The notes under the pieces were generated by a model, which was given only the letters and a program-made list of their open reading frames with translations, did not search any database and was not told where the DNA came from. Positions 52,668 through 63,140 of a stretch of 64,000 nt of DNA are shown here, one piece after another. The DNA is from an uncultured Gemmatimonadaceae bacterium. Its GTDB lineage: Bacteria; Gemmatimonadota; Gemmatimonadetes; Gemmatimonadales; Gemmatimonadaceae. The stretch spans positions 320,001 to 384,000 of the forward strand of contig CAWBOC010000006.1 in the NCBI GenBank assembly GCA_963790305.1. Direction: 5' to 3'. Made by a program: the position numbers and the translations under genes. Each line of letters begins with the position of its first letter. Position 1 is the stretch's first letter.

Positions 52668-53920
52668 TAAATAGCCAGCTCCCCAAATCTCCCCCCGCGT
52701 CCCTCACTCGATATGCGCACCAGAATGCCTATCGACAGCCACGATGCGAGCAGGAACGATCCCCCGTAGCTGAAGAACGGGAGCGGAATGCCGGTGATCG
52801 GCATCAGGTTCAGCGTCATGCCGATGTTCACCAGGATGTGCACGAGCCAGCTGGATGCGAGCCCGAACGCGACCAGGCTGCTGAAGCCGTCATTCGCCCG
52901 CGCCGCAACGCGCACGACGCGAAGCAGCAGGAAGAGAAAGAGGGCGAGCGTGACCGTGACACCAATGAAGCCAAGCTCCTCGCCGACCACCGCGTAGATG
53001 AAGTCAGTGTGCTGCGCGGGAAGAAACGCGAGCCGCTTCTGGGTGCCTTCCGTCCACCCCTTTCCAAGCCAGCCGCCTGATCCAATCGCCACCTGGGACT
53101 GAATGACGTGCCACCCCGACGCGCGGGGATCGATCGACGGATCCAGAAACACCAACAACCGATGGCGCTGGTAGGGGGCAAGCCGTTCCCAGAGGAGCGG
53201 TGCGACGACGCCCATCGCGACGTTGGCGAGCATCAAACCAACGCCTTCGACGAGATAGGGCCGATAACGCACGACGAGTGCGATGAGGAGGAGGAACCAT
53301 GCCCCCCAGTACGTCGTGTTGAACGCCAGGAGCAGGCTGACCGCGGGCAATGCGATCAGCACGAGCAGGGGCCACGGCACGCCCGACCAGTAGAGCATCG
53401 CGAAGAAAATCCCGATGAACGCGATGCCGGTGCCGAGGTCGGGCTGCGCCATGATCAGTACCCAGGGGATGAGTACGATCAGCGCGGGCTTCCACAGCTC
53501 GAGAATGGATCGCGGTGGCTCTCGCCGCTCTCCAAGAATGCGCGCGAGCATCAGCACGACGGTGATCTTCGCCAGCTCGGCGGGCTGTCCTAGTCTGACT
53601 CCACTGATGGTGAGCCACCCTTTCACACTCGCCGCTGTACCGGCGCCGGTGCCGAACATCAGCGTGATCACGAGAAGCCCGATCGTGAACAGGAACGCCG
53701 GCCACGTCAGCCACTCGATCAACCGCACCGACGCGCGGCTGACGAGAAATGCTGCGACCAACGCGACCATCAGCCATTTGATCTGGGAGACCCACGCACG
53801 ACTCGCGATGGTGGCCACGTCCGTCTGCCCCGCGGAATACACCATGGCAATGCCAAAGAGCGACAGCGCGAGCGCGACGCCGATCAGTGGAACATCGGCG
53901 GTGAGGACACGCCTCCGCAT
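52667..53920 (-). CDS. rodA: Rod shape-determining protein RodA
   Basis: QPAELAK, QPDLGT, AIGSGG, HTDFI, TGIPLPFFSYGGS. Confidence 0.95.
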   Translation of the reverse strand: MRRRVLTADVPLIGVALALSLFGIAMVYSAGQTDVATIASRAWVSQIKWLMVALVAAFLVSRASVRLIEWLTWPAFLFTIGLLVITLMFGTGAGTAASVKGWLTISGVRLGQPAELAKITVVLMLARILGERREPPRSILELWKPALIVLIPWVLIMAQPDLGTGIAFIGIFFAMLYWSGVPWPLLVLIALPAVSLLLAFNTTYWGAWFLLLIALVVRYRPYLVEGVGLMLANVAMGVVAPLLWERLAPYQRHRLLVFLDPSIDPRASGWHVIQSQVAIGSGGWLGKGWTEGTQKRLAFLPAQHTDFIYAVVGEELGFIGVTVTLALFLFLLLRVVRVAARANDGFSSLVAFGLASSWLVHILVNIGMTLNLMPITGIPLPFFSYGGSFLLASWLSIGILVRISSEGRGGRFGELAI

Positions 53921-55737
53921 TATCGCGTCTCCTCTCCCGACGGTGTTGGGGTCGCCAGCGCGGTCGGCGAGCGACTCACGAGGGTCGGCGCTCCCTTGAG
54001 GTAGCGCTCGATCACCTTCGACGCTAGTCGCGCCGCGTAGTAGCCGTGCTCGCCGAACTCGAGCATCACCGAGACCACGATCTTCGGATCATCCGCCGGC
54101 GCGAAGCCGACGAACCACGCGTGATCGCGCGTCACGTCGTGCGCGTTCTGCGCCGTGCCCGTCTTCCCCGCCAGTACGATGTCCTCGATGCGCGCACTGC
54201 CCGCCGTCCCCCGCTCGGAGACGACGTTCTTCATCGCGTTCCGCAATCCCTGGAGCTCGCGGTCGGTGAGCTGAATCACCCGCGTCCGCGACCGCTGATC
54301 ATCGTTGCGCACGATCTCCGGCCGCGCCGCAAGGCCATCGGTGGCGAGCGCGGTGTAGAACCGCGCCATGTTGACGACGGTCTGGTCGTTCTCTCCTTGT
54401 CCAATCGAGAGGTTGAGCGTGACGGCCGAGCTCCATCCGCGCGCGCCATAGCGCTTGTTGTAGTAGTCCTCGCCGTAGGGATAGATCGGAATCACTTCCC
54501 CGGGAAGGTCGATCCCGCTGCGCTTGTCGAATCCCAACCGGATACCGCCGGCGATCAGCCTCGTTAGGCCGATCTTCAGCCCGAGCTGGTAGAAGTACGT
54601 GTCGCAGGAGACCTCCAGGGCGCGCGCCAGCGAGACGTCGCCATGCCCCTTCTTCTCCCAGCAACGGAAGTACCGGTTCCCGAACTGGTAGCCGCCGGTG
54701 CACGGCTGCGGCATGTGGGTTTCGAGTGTCGCGACCTTGTCATTGAGCGCCAGAACCGACGTGGCGAGCTTGAACGTCGAGGCCGGGGGATACCGACCCT
54801 GAATGACCTTGTTGTACAACGGGCGCCGTGGGTCGGTATTGAGCTGACGCCAGTACTCTGCCGGAATGCCACCGATGAAGCGGTTCGGGTCGAACGATGG
54901 CGCGCTGTGTAGCGCCAGCACGCCACCGGACACCGGGTCCATGGCGATGATACCGCCCTGGAGCGAGTCACCGAACAGGGACGCAGCGTAGCGCTGGAGA
55001 TCGAGGTCGATGTTCGTGTGAAGCGCTGGGGCTGGCAGCGGTCGAAGATCCTGTCGCGCGCCGGCTTCCCGCACCACACGGCCACGCGCATCGACCTCGA
55101 CGAAACGAACCCCTTCCTGTCCGCGAAGCTGCTTCTCGTACTGCTTCTCGAGCCCGCCCTTCCCGATCTGTTGACCGGCCTTGTAGCTCCCGTACTCGGA
55201 TTGCGCGAGCTCGTTTTCCGTGATCTCGCCAGTGTATCCGACGAACGCGGCCACTGACTCGCCATCGGGATAGTAGCGCTTGGGCGCGGACTGAATGATC
55301 AGTCCGGGGAATTCGACGCGGTGCTCCTCGAGCACGGAGATGACGTCGAACGGCGCGTCGGACAGCACGACCGTTGGACGCGTCGGGGCCCGACGGAAGC
55401 GGCGGACCGACGATTCGATCTGCTCGTTCGACAGTGGAATGAGCGCCGAGAGACGCCGCAGCGAGGCGCGCAAGGAATCCCCTGCCGGACTCAGCATCGA
55501 CACCGAGTAGCCGGGAACGTTCTCGGCGATGATCTGCTCGTTGCGATCGTAGATGATCCCGCGCGGCGCGGGCAGCGGAACTTCACGCAGCCGGTTGGAC
55601 TCGGACTTCAGCGCGTACTCGGAATTGCGAAGGACCTGCGTCCGGAAGAACGCTCCCAGGAGCACCAGGAAGACCGCTACCAGCATCCACGATGCGCCGC
55701 GCGCGCGGCGGGCGAGATCGTTGGGATGGAAGCTCAC
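53920..55737 (-). CDS. mrdA: Penicillin-binding protein 2
   Basis: APRGIIYDRN; STFK, SCD and KTG motifs. Confidence 0.94.
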   Translation of the reverse strand: MSFHPNDLARRARGASWMLVAVFLVLLGAFFRTQVLRNSEYALKSESNRLREVPLPAPRGIIYDRNEQIIAENVPGYSVSMLSPAGDSLRASLRRLSALIPLSNEQIESSVRRFRRAPTRPTVVLSDAPFDVISVLEEHRVEFPGLIIQSAPKRYYPDGESVAAFVGYTGEITENELAQSEYGSYKAGQQIGKGGLEKQYEKQLRGQEGVRFVEVDARGRVVREAGARQDLRPLPAPALHTNIDLDLQRYAASLFGDSLQGGIIAMDPVSGGVLALHSAPSFDPNRFIGGIPAEYWRQLNTDPRRPLYNKVIQGRYPPASTFKLATSVLALNDKVATLETHMPQPCTGGYQFGNRYFRCWEKKGHGDVSLARALEVSCDTYFYQLGLKIGLTRLIAGGIRLGFDKRSGIDLPGEVIPIYPYGEDYYNKRYGARGWSSAVTLNLSIGQGENDQTVVNMARFYTALATDGLAARPEIVRNDDQRSRTRVIQLTDRELQGLRNAMKNVVSERGTAGSARIEDIVLAGKTGTAQNAHDVTRDHAWFVGFAPADDPKIVVSVMLEFGEHGYYAARLASKVIERYLKGAPTLVSRSPTALATPTPSGEETR

Positions 55738-56222
55738 GCGGGAGACGTCCGCAGAATCGGGCGCAGCAGGGCGAGCACGATCAGCCCGAAGAGCGCGGTG
55801 ACCGCGGCCGCGAGGGGCGACCAGACGAGCAGCTGCATCGCCAGCTCACCGCCGCCGAGGTTGCCGGACGCCACGTGATACATGATGTCGAGTGCCCACT
55901 TGCCAAGGAAAATGAAGAACGCGATCAGAGGCAAGTTGTCGGCAAAGAAAACGGCCTTGAGCCATGACGCGCCGAAGGCGACCACGCTCATGGCCAGCGC
56001 GCCCGCGCCAAGACCATCGATCGAGATGCTGTCCGCGATGAGCCCGGTCAGAAAACCGACCACCGCGGCGGAGCCGGGACGCACGCGAATCGAGACGAGC
56101 AGGAGCGCGATGACCAGGAAGTCGGGCGATGAGCGCCACGCGAGCAGCGGCCGTAGCGTGTAGTGAAGCACGAGCAGCAGCCCGAACGCGATCATGATGC
56201 GCAGCACATCAATGCTCTTCAT
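55734..56222 (-). CDS. mreD: Rod shape-determining protein MreD
   Basis: Hydrophobic, PDFL and GF..GL..D motifs; located between mreC and mrdA. Confidence 0.85.
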   Translation of the reverse strand: MKSIDVLRIMIAFGLLLVLHYTLRPLLAWRSSPDFLVIALLLVSIRVRPGSAAVVGFLTGLIADSISIDGLGAGALAMSVVAFGASWLKAVFFADNLPLIAFFIFLGKWALDIMYHVASGNLGGGELAMQLLVWSPLAAAVTALFGLIVLALLRPILRTSPA

Positions 56223-57391
56223 GGCGGAGCCGGCGTCGTATCCCTTGGAACCGTGTCCGGACGTGGCGCAGGCGGAACGGGGGTCACTGGAACGACCGGT
56301 GCTGTGGTATCCCGCCTCACCGTATCGCGCCGCACCGGGGCCGTATCCCGACGTACCGGCGCCGTATCGCGCCGCACCGGGGCCTGTCGCGGAGCCGTGT
56401 CGCGGCGCACGGTGTCCCGCCGTACGGGCGCGGGGGTGCGTCGCACAGTTGTATCTACCCGGGCCGGAGCGGGACGTGCCGCTCGCACCCGCGCGGTGTC
56501 GGCTCGCGCTCTGGCGAGGGAGTCGGCCCGCCGCGCCGAGTCGGCTGCGAGGCTATCCGGCGACGCGAGCTCCCACACGCCGTCGACGCCCGAGCCCGCA
56601 CGTTGCGGGTGCAGGATCATCACGCTGCTGACATCCGCCGGTAGCACCGCGGGACGGAGGAGATATGTGTTGGCCCACACCTCGGAGGTGCGCAACTCGC
56701 GCTGCACGACTCCGATCGGAATCCCGCGCGGGTAAACGCCGCCGAGGCCGGAGCTCACGATGAGCGTGCCTGGCGTCAGCGATGTCCGGAGCGGGACACC
56801 GCGCATCTCCAGGAGATAGCGATCCGGCTCGTCTCCCAAATGCGGTCCGACGATTCCGAACGCGCTGCCATCGGCCGACTGTGCGCTCACGCGAAAGTCG
56901 GTGTGCGGCCAGACGATCGCAATGCTCTTCGTCGGGTCGACGATTCTGACCATTCCCACGAGTCCCTCTGCGGCGACCACCGGGCTGAACTGTCGCACTC
57001 CGGCGCGCGAGCCAGCCGACAGAACGACGGTATACTCCTCGCCGGGGCTCCGACTGAAGAGCGCTTCCGCGGGAACGAACCCCCAGCGCAGCCGGCGGCC
57101 GAGTCCAAGCATGCGTCGCAGCCGGGCGTTCTCACGCTCGAGCTCGGGAGCGGTCATCGCCGCGAGGACGACCGAATCGCGCTCGGCGCGCGTGCGCTCG
57201 CGCGCTTCCCATGCGCGGCGGGTCAGCTCGGCGTTGTATTGCAACGAGAGCAGCGGCGCCACGACACTTCGGCGCATGGCGGCGGCAAAGGGATCGCGCA
57301 CCGCCTGCGGGAGCGTGAGCGTGACGACCGAAAGGGCCACGCACGCGCCTAACAGCATGGTGTCGCGTCGACCCGAAACGCGGGATGCCAC
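56219..57391 (-). CDS. mreC: Rod shape-determining protein MreC with repetitive C-terminal tail
   Basis: ENARLRRML, GLVG, SSGLGGVYPRGIPIG. Confidence 0.92.
   Translation of the reverse strand: MASRVSGRRDTMLLGACVALSVVTLTLPQAVRDPFAAAMRRSVVAPLLSLQYNAELTRRAWEARERTRAERDSVVLAAMTAPELERENARLRRMLGLGRRLRWGFVPAEALFSRSPGEEYTVVLSAGSRAGVRQFSPVVAAEGLVGMVRIVDPTKSIAIVWPHTDFRVSAQSADGSAFGIVGPHLGDEPDRYLLEMRGVPLRTSLTPGTLIVSSGLGGVYPRGIPIGVVQRELRTSEVWANTYLLRPAVLPADVSSVMILHPQRAGSGVDGVWELASPDSLAADSARRADSLARARADTARVRAARPAPARVDTTVRRTPAPVRRDTVRRDTAPRQAPVRRDTAPVRRDTAPVRRDTVRRDTTAPVVPVTPVPPAPRPDTVPRDTTPAPP
56303..56426 (-). repeat. Coding 15/21-bp tandem repeats encoding VRRDT(AP)
   Basis: VRRDT occurs six times in the MreC tail. 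Confidence 0.8.
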
Positions 57392-57399
57392 GGGTCAGC

Positions 57400-58437
57400 T
57401 CAGGTGCTCAGGACCGACCAGTACTTCTCCTCGTCGTCGAGAATGCGTCCGGTCCCGCGCACGACGCAGGTGAGCGGATCCTCATCGACATGAATCGGAA
57501 GGCTGGTTTCCTGGGAGAGAAGCAGGTCGAGCCCGCGAATGAGCGCGCCGCCGCCCGTCATGACGATTCCGCGGTCGACGATGTCGCTGGCGAGCTCGGG
57601 CGGCGTGATCTCCAGCGCGCGGCGCACGGCGTCGACGATCTGCTGGATGGGCTCCTGAATGGCTTCGCGGATCTCGCTCGAGTGCACGCGAACCGTCTTC
57701 GGAATGCCGCTGACGAGGTCGCGCCCCTTCACTTCCATCTCGCGCTCTTCGCCCACCGGCGCGGCCGACCCGATCTGAATCTTGATCTGCTCGGCCGTCG
57801 GCTCGCCGATGAGCAGGTTGTAGTTCTTGCGCATGAACTGCACGATCGACGTGTCGAGCTCATCGCCACCGGTGCGGATGGAGGTGTCGCTGACGATGCC
57901 CGAGAGCGCGATGACGGCGATCTCCGTCGTCCCGCCGCCGATGTCGATCACCATGTTGCCCGTTGGCGTCTCCACCGGCAGGCCGACGCCGATCGCGGCG
58001 GCCATCGGCTCCGCGACCATGAAGACTTCCTTCGCGCCGGCGCCTAACGCGGAGTCGCGCACCGCACGCTTCTCCACCTCGGTGATCCCCGACGGGACGC
58101 AGACGATGACGCGCGGCTTCACCTTGAAGACGTGATTGTCGATGATGAGCTGGAGGAAATAGCGCAGCATCTTCTCCGTCACGTCGAAGTCGGCGATGAC
58201 GCCGTCCTTCATCGGGCGCACGGCGATCACGCCTTCCGGCGTGCGGCCGAGCATGCGCTTGGCTTCGAGTCCCACGCCTTTGATTTTGCCGGTCGCGCGA
58301 TCGATCGCCACGACCGAGGGCTCGTTGAGCACGATCCCCTCGCCCTTCACGTAGATTAGCGTGTTCGCGGTTCCGAGGTCGACGGCGATCGCGTTGGCGG
58401 GAAAGAGCGAGCGCGACTTGAAGAATGGCCAGCGCAT
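57400..58437 (-). CDS. mreB: Cell shape actin homolog MreB
   Basis: [30 protein letters not shown]. Confidence 0.98.
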   Translation of the reverse strand: MRWPFFKSRSLFPANAIAVDLGTANTLIYVKGEGIVLNEPSVVAIDRATGKIKGVGLEAKRMLGRTPEGVIAVRPMKDGVIADFDVTEKMLRYFLQLIIDNHVFKVKPRVIVCVPSGITEVEKRAVRDSALGAGAKEVFMVAEPMAAAIGVGLPVETPTGNMVIDIGGGTTEIAVIALSGIVSDTSIRTGGDELDTSIVQFMRKNYNLLIGEPTAEQIKIQIGSAAPVGEEREMEVKGRDLVSGIPKTVRVHSSEIREAIQEPIQQIVDAVRRALEITPPELASDIVDRGIVMTGGGALIRGLDLLLSQETSLPIHVDEDPLTCVVRGTGRILDDEEKYWSVLST

Positions 58438-58584
58438 TAGTAAGCGAATCCGGCGTTCCGAGCGGAACGGCAGCGATGGGAAGGCAGGCGGTCCTGCACG
58501 GTCGGCTGAAAGTCTAGCGGCGCACTACAGCTACAGCAAGGCATTGGCTTGACACAACCTACACCACTCGGATATATCGCGCGC

Positions 58585-58815
58585 ATGCCCCGCTCCCTCC
58601 CCGCTCTCGTGGCGGTCGTCGACGTTCAGCTCTGCGACGCTTGTGGGCTGTGTCTCCCGCTCTGCCCACCGATGGCGATCGCCATGCGTCGCGATGGACT
58701 TGTCATTGACGATCGAACGTGCACGGCGTGTCAGAAGTGCATCGCGCCATGTCCGGTGGGTGCGCTCGCCATGATCCCTCGTCCCGTGGATGTGCCCGCT
58801 CCGCTCCTGGCATGA
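58585..58815 (+). CDS. 2x[4Fe-4S] ferredoxin
   Basis: CDACGLCLPLCP and CTACQKCIAPCP. Confidence 0.88.
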   Translation: MPRSLPALVAVVDVQLCDACGLCLPLCPPMAIAMRRDGLVIDDRTCTACQKCIAPCPVGALAMIPRPVDVPAPLLA

Positions 58816-59984
58816 CCCTCGAGCGGGCTGATGTCGTCGTGGTGGGTGGAGGGCCGGCCGGGCTCATCGCAGCCCGGGAGGCGGCCAGCGCAGGTCTGGA
58901 CGTCGTGCTTCTCGAGCGCGACCGAGCGATCGGCGCACCGGTGCGTTGCGGTGAGGGCGTCGGCAGTCGCGGGCTGAGTGAGTTCATCTCTCCCGAGGGA
59001 GCGAGCTGGGTCGCCCGGCGCATCACCCGCGTGATCTTCTGGGCGCCCGACGGCACCGAGGTCCGCGTCGCCGAAGGTGACGTGGGTTACATTCTCGACC
59101 GCTCGCGCTTCGAGCCGGCGCTGGCGGCCGAAGCCGGGAAAGCGGGTGCTGACATCCGCGTCCGGACCGAGGCGCTGGCGCTTGCGCGGCATGGAGGTGG
59201 GTGGCGTGTCTCGGTTGGCGGACCTCACGGCGCGAGCGAAATCGACGCGCGGGTCGTCATCGCCGCGGACGGCGTCGAGGCGCTCGTCGCGCGATGGGCC
59301 GGCCTCGACACGCGGGTCCCGGCGCGTGATATGGAGAGTTGCGCGCAGTACGTCGTCTCCAACATCTCGTTCGATCCCGACGCGATCTACCTGCATTTCG
59401 GCCACCGCGTCGCGCCCGGCGGCTACGCGTGGATCTTTCCCAAGGACGTGGGTGTCGCGAACGTGGGGCTGGGCGTGGTGGCCTTACGAGCGGACGGACG
59501 GCCCGCGCGCGCATGGCTGGACGAGTACATGGCGCGCTACTTCCCGCAGGGCATAACGACGGGATACACGGTTGGCGGCGTCATCGTTCACCCGACCATC
59601 AAGCAGACCGTCACCGACGGCCTGCTCGTCTGCGGCGACGCCGCACACATGGTCAACCCGCTGAGCGGCGGCGGGATCGTGAATGCGATGAAGGCGGGTC
59701 GTCTGGCGGCGCGTGTCGCGGCGCAAGCGATCGCGGCGGGCGATACCTCAGCCGCGCGCCTTCAGTGCTATCACGACGAGTGGATGCGCATGCTCGGCGA
59801 CGATCACCTCCGGTACTACCGACTGAAGGAGGCGATCAGCAAGTTCGACGACGCCTTCCTCGACAATCTCGCTCGTACTGTCAACGAGATTCCGACGCAG
59901 CGACGCACCCTCGGCCGGATCTTCGCGACCGCGCTCGTGCACCATCCCTCGCTCGTTCCGGTGGCGGCGAGGTTCTTCGTCTAG
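58812..59984 (+). CDS. Geranylgeranyl reductase family flavoprotein
   Basis: GGGPAG, PVRCGEG, APGGYAWIFPK, GDAA..NPLSGGGI. Confidence 0.88.
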   Translation: MTLERADVVVVGGGPAGLIAAREAASAGLDVVLLERDRAIGAPVRCGEGVGSRGLSEFISPEGASWVARRITRVIFWAPDGTEVRVAEGDVGYILDRSRFEPALAAEAGKAGADIRVRTEALALARHGGGWRVSVGGPHGASEIDARVVIAADGVEALVARWAGLDTRVPARDMESCAQYVVSNISFDPDAIYLHFGHRVAPGGYAWIFPKDVGVANVGLGVVALRADGRPARAWLDEYMARYFPQGITTGYTVGGVIVHPTIKQTVTDGLLVCGDAAHMVNPLSGGGIVNAMKAGRLAARVAAQAIAAGDTSAARLQCYHDEWMRMLGDDHLRYYRLKEAISKFDDAFLDNLARTVNEIPTQRRTLGRIFATALVHHPSLVPVAARFFV

Positions 59985-60016
59985 CTCGCGCATCGCACCG
60001 AGCCGGGCCGTTCCGG

Positions 60017-60204
60017 CATCCAGGTTCAAAGTTGGGACGCGGATTCGGCGGATGCAACGGATGCTGCGGATTGCTCCGTGCACCGCGATCTCTCCTCCAC
60101 GGAGCAAGAAAGCGGTTGCTTTTTCCAGCGCGAGGAGGGTTCTCCGCGCCAGGACATCCGCAATCGCTGATCGCGAATCCGCGTCCCAACTTTGAACCTG
60201 GATG
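60017..60204. repeat. 188-bp element with 31-bp perfect terminal inverted repeats (MITE/REP-like)
   Basis: CATCCAGGTTCAAAGTTGGGACGCGGATTCG at 60017-60047 and its exact reverse complement at 60174-60204. Confidence 0.8.
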
Positions 60205-60225
60205 GCAGCCCTAGGCTCGTGCGCC

Positions 60226-61102
60226 CTAGAACGAGCGGCGCCACCCGATAACGACGGTCTGCTCGCCTGACGAGTGGCCGGTGCTGAGGAGGAGGTCACC
60301 ACCGAACGGCCCAAGCGCTTGATCGGGAGCCCCGCTCGCGCGAGCGCGGGCCCGGCGCGCGATCACCCGGCCGAACGCGTGGCCCACCAGCATCCCGGTG
60401 AACGTGTCGGACAGCCAATGGCGCTGGTCCGCGATGCGGCCCAAGCCAACACCGATCGCCACCAGGTACAACACGGGCTCCGCGGGGCCGAGATCGAAGC
60501 GCTCGTTCCAGTACGTCACGCATCCCATGATGTTGCCGGCATGACCGCCGTAGAACGAATGCTTCCGCCACGGGCCAGCCCCGAGCTCGATTTCATACTG
60601 ATCGTTCGCCGTGAGTGGACGCTCTCGCGAGATGATGCGCGTACGACCCGTGATGCACGAGAATGTTCGCCTGTTGCGTGCTGGCGCACCCCATACCGGC
60701 ATCGCGCAGCGCTCGAGAGTCGAACGCGAAGCCCAGGAGGTATAGCACCCCGGACAGCGGCTGAAGGCGCTTCCCGCTCCCGAGATTGAAGAGCTCGGCA
60801 TTGTGCTCTTCGCGGAACACCTCGAGGCCGCGCATGAACGCCGACTGGGGGTGGCGCGCCATGAAGCGCTGGACGTCGTCGTCAATGATCAATGTGGCGC
60901 CGACGAAGGCCGCGCTGGCCGCAAACGTTGCCCAGTCGTTGCGGTCGGCGCGAATCGGGGACGCCCACACGTGCAGGATGTCGCGCACGCCATACTCGAA
61001 ATCGCGACCGATGCTTTTGAGCGTGCGCTGTGCGTCAGCCGCACTCGCTAGGCACACCGTGGCGCACACAACGGCGAGGACTCGCGCGATCAACGCTCGC
61101 AC
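60226..61102 (-). CDS. PAP2-family phosphatase-like membrane protein (one extra base near 60638)
   Basis: Signal peptide; after the frame change SRERP, SFYGGH and RIADQRHWLSD motifs. Confidence 0.75.
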
Positions 61103-61141
61103 ACCGGTTCGCTCCGTGATGGATGTCACGGGGAACCCTCA

Positions 61142-61157
61142 AGCAAGACGTGCGCCG
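61142..61157 (-). promoter_or_regulatory. Sigma54-type (-24/-12) promoter
   Basis: CGGCGCACGTCTTGCT (GG-N10-GC) upstream of the PAP2 gene. Confidence 0.55.
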
Positions 61158-61186
61158 AGACTGCGTGCCCTTTCGCGCGACCAATT

Positions 61187-61966
61187 TCACGCCCGTATGC
61201 GCCGGCCCGCGCTGCGTTGAATCAACGCCGTTCCCACCGACGCGCGATTCGCAATCGTCGCGACGGCGCGCTCGAGATGGCGCAGCGGCCCCGTTCCTGG
61301 CCGTGGAGGGGACCACAGATACACCGGCAGTCGCGGGATGGCCATCGCATCTCCCGTCCACGCCGACGCCAGCGTAAAGCCCGCCTCGTACCCTGCCTCA
61401 CGCGCAAGTGCGTACTCGCGCGAAGCGCACGCACCGAACGGGTAGCTCACTGCCTGGGGCTCCGCGTCGAGCGCTCGACGGAGATCATCCCGCGACCGCC
61501 GAAGCTCCTCCGCTGCCCCCGCCTCGCTGACCCAGGTCAGCCGTGGATGCGTTACCGTGTGCGACGCGAACGTGATGCCCCGGGATTGCCAACGCCGCAT
61601 GTCGCGCCACGCGAGGTGCGGAAAACGACGGCCCCCGTACGCGACGTCCCATCGGTTGAGCCGGCCGGCGTATGCCGTGATGACGAAGCATGTCGCGGTG
61701 AAGCCGTGCGCCTCGAGCACGGGGAACGCGTGCTCGCGGAGCGAACGATAGGCATCGTCAAAGGTGATGGCGATCTCGTTCGGCGCGAGCATCCGTTGAC
61801 CGCGAGCGCACGAGGCGACTTCCTCGAGCGTCAGCGTGCGCCAGCCATCGGCCGCCAGCCGCTCGATCTGGCGGGCGAATCGTCGCGGCGAAATTCGTGT
61901 AACGCCCAGCTCGAGCCGCGGATCGACTTTGTGATAGCAAAGAATGCGCGGCACGCACGGTGTCAC
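61187..61966 (-). CDS. Polysaccharide deacetylase (NodB/CE4 family)
   Basis: ILCYH, ITFDDAY, SHTVTHP, SYPFG. Confidence 0.9.
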   Translation of the reverse strand: MTPCVPRILCYHKVDPRLELGVTRISPRRFARQIERLAADGWRTLTLEEVASCARGQRMLAPNEIAITFDDAYRSLREHAFPVLEAHGFTATCFVITAYAGRLNRWDVAYGGRRFPHLAWRDMRRWQSRGITFASHTVTHPRLTWVSEAGAAEELRRSRDDLRRALDAEPQAVSYPFGACASREYALAREAGYEAGFTLASAWTGDAMAIPRLPVYLWSPPRPGTGPLRHLERAVATIANRASVGTALIQRSAGRRIRA

Positions 61967-61991
61967 GGCACTGCGCTCCTCGAGACCGCGA

Positions 61992-63107
61992 TCAGGCGAT
62001 GGCCTTGTCGACGTCCACCGATTCGAGTCCAAAGGCCTCCGCCACCGCCGGGTACACGACCTTCCCATCGATCATGTTGAGTCCCTTTCGCAACGCGAGA
62101 TTGTCGCGCACGGCGTGCTTCCACCCCTTGTTCGCGAGCTGCAGCGCGTACGGGAGCGTCGCGTTGGTGAGCGCGAGCGTCGACGTTCGGGGCACCGCGC
62201 CCGGCATGTTGGCGACGCCATAGTGAATGACGCCATCAATGACGTACGTCGGGTTCTCGTGCGTGGTAGGCTTGATCGTCTCGACACACCCGCCCTGATC
62301 GACCGCGACATCCACGATTACGCTGCCCGGCTGCATCCTCTTGAGATCCTCGCGACGCACCAGCGAGGGAGCCTTCGCACCGGGAATCAACACGGCTCCG
62401 ACGACGAGGTCGGCGGTTTGAATTTGCTCCAGGATCGCAAAGCGGTTCGAGTGGAGAAGCGACACGTTGGCCGGCATGACGTCGGAGAGGTATCGCAGCC
62501 GCTCCAGTGAGATGTCGAGAATGACGACGTGCGCCCCCATGCCTGCCGCCATCTTCGCGGCGTTGATCCCGACGATGCCGCCGCCGAGGATGACCACACG
62601 CGCGGGCAGCACGCCGGGCACGCCGCCTAACAGGACTCCACGGCCCCCGTACAGCTTCTCGAGGTACTTGGCTCCTTCCTGCACCGCCATGCGTCCGGCC
62701 ACCTCCGACATTGGCGTCAGCAGCGGCAGCTCGCGCGATGGCAGCTCGACCGTTTCATAGGCGATGCACACCGCCCCGCTCTTGAGGTGGGCGCGCGTGA
62801 GCGCTTCGTCGGCCGCGAAGTGAAAGTAGGTGAAGATCGTTTGCCCGCGGCGCATGCGCGGCCACTCGGGCTCGATCGGCTCCTTCACCTTCATGATCAT
62901 GTCCGCATCGCGCCAAACGGCGTCAGCGTCGGGCGCAATGCGCGCTCCAGTCTTGGCATACAGCTCGTCGCTGAACCCGCTTCCTTCGCCAGCGCCCCGC
63001 TCGACGACCACCGAATGTCCCGCCGCAATGAGCGCCTCGGCACCTGCCGGTACCAGCGCGACCCGGTTCTCGTTGGTCTTGATCTCCTTCGGAACGCCGA
63101 TCTTCAT
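61992..63107 (-). CDS. ald: Alanine dehydrogenase
   Basis: [37 protein letters not shown]. Confidence 0.97.
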   Translation of the reverse strand: MKIGVPKEIKTNENRVALVPAGAEALIAAGHSVVVERGAGEGSGFSDELYAKTGARIAPDADAVWRDADMIMKVKEPIEPEWPRMRRGQTIFTYFHFAADEALTRAHLKSGAVCIAYETVELPSRELPLLTPMSEVAGRMAVQEGAKYLEKLYGGRGVLLGGVPGVLPARVVILGGGIVGINAAKMAAGMGAHVVILDISLERLRYLSDVMPANVSLLHSNRFAILEQIQTADLVVGAVLIPGAKAPSLVRREDLKRMQPGSVIVDVAVDQGGCVETIKPTTHENPTYVIDGVIHYGVANMPGAVPRTSTLALTNATLPYALQLANKGWKHAVRDNLALRKGLNMIDGKVVYPAVAEAFGLESVDVDKAIA

Positions 63108-63140
63108 ACGTGTCGGATGGAGTAGAAGGGTGAACGACGA

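Noticed and set aside
58549..58578. TTGACA promoter for the ferredoxin
   Set aside because: The -35 is perfect but there is no clean -10 at 16-18 bp spacing
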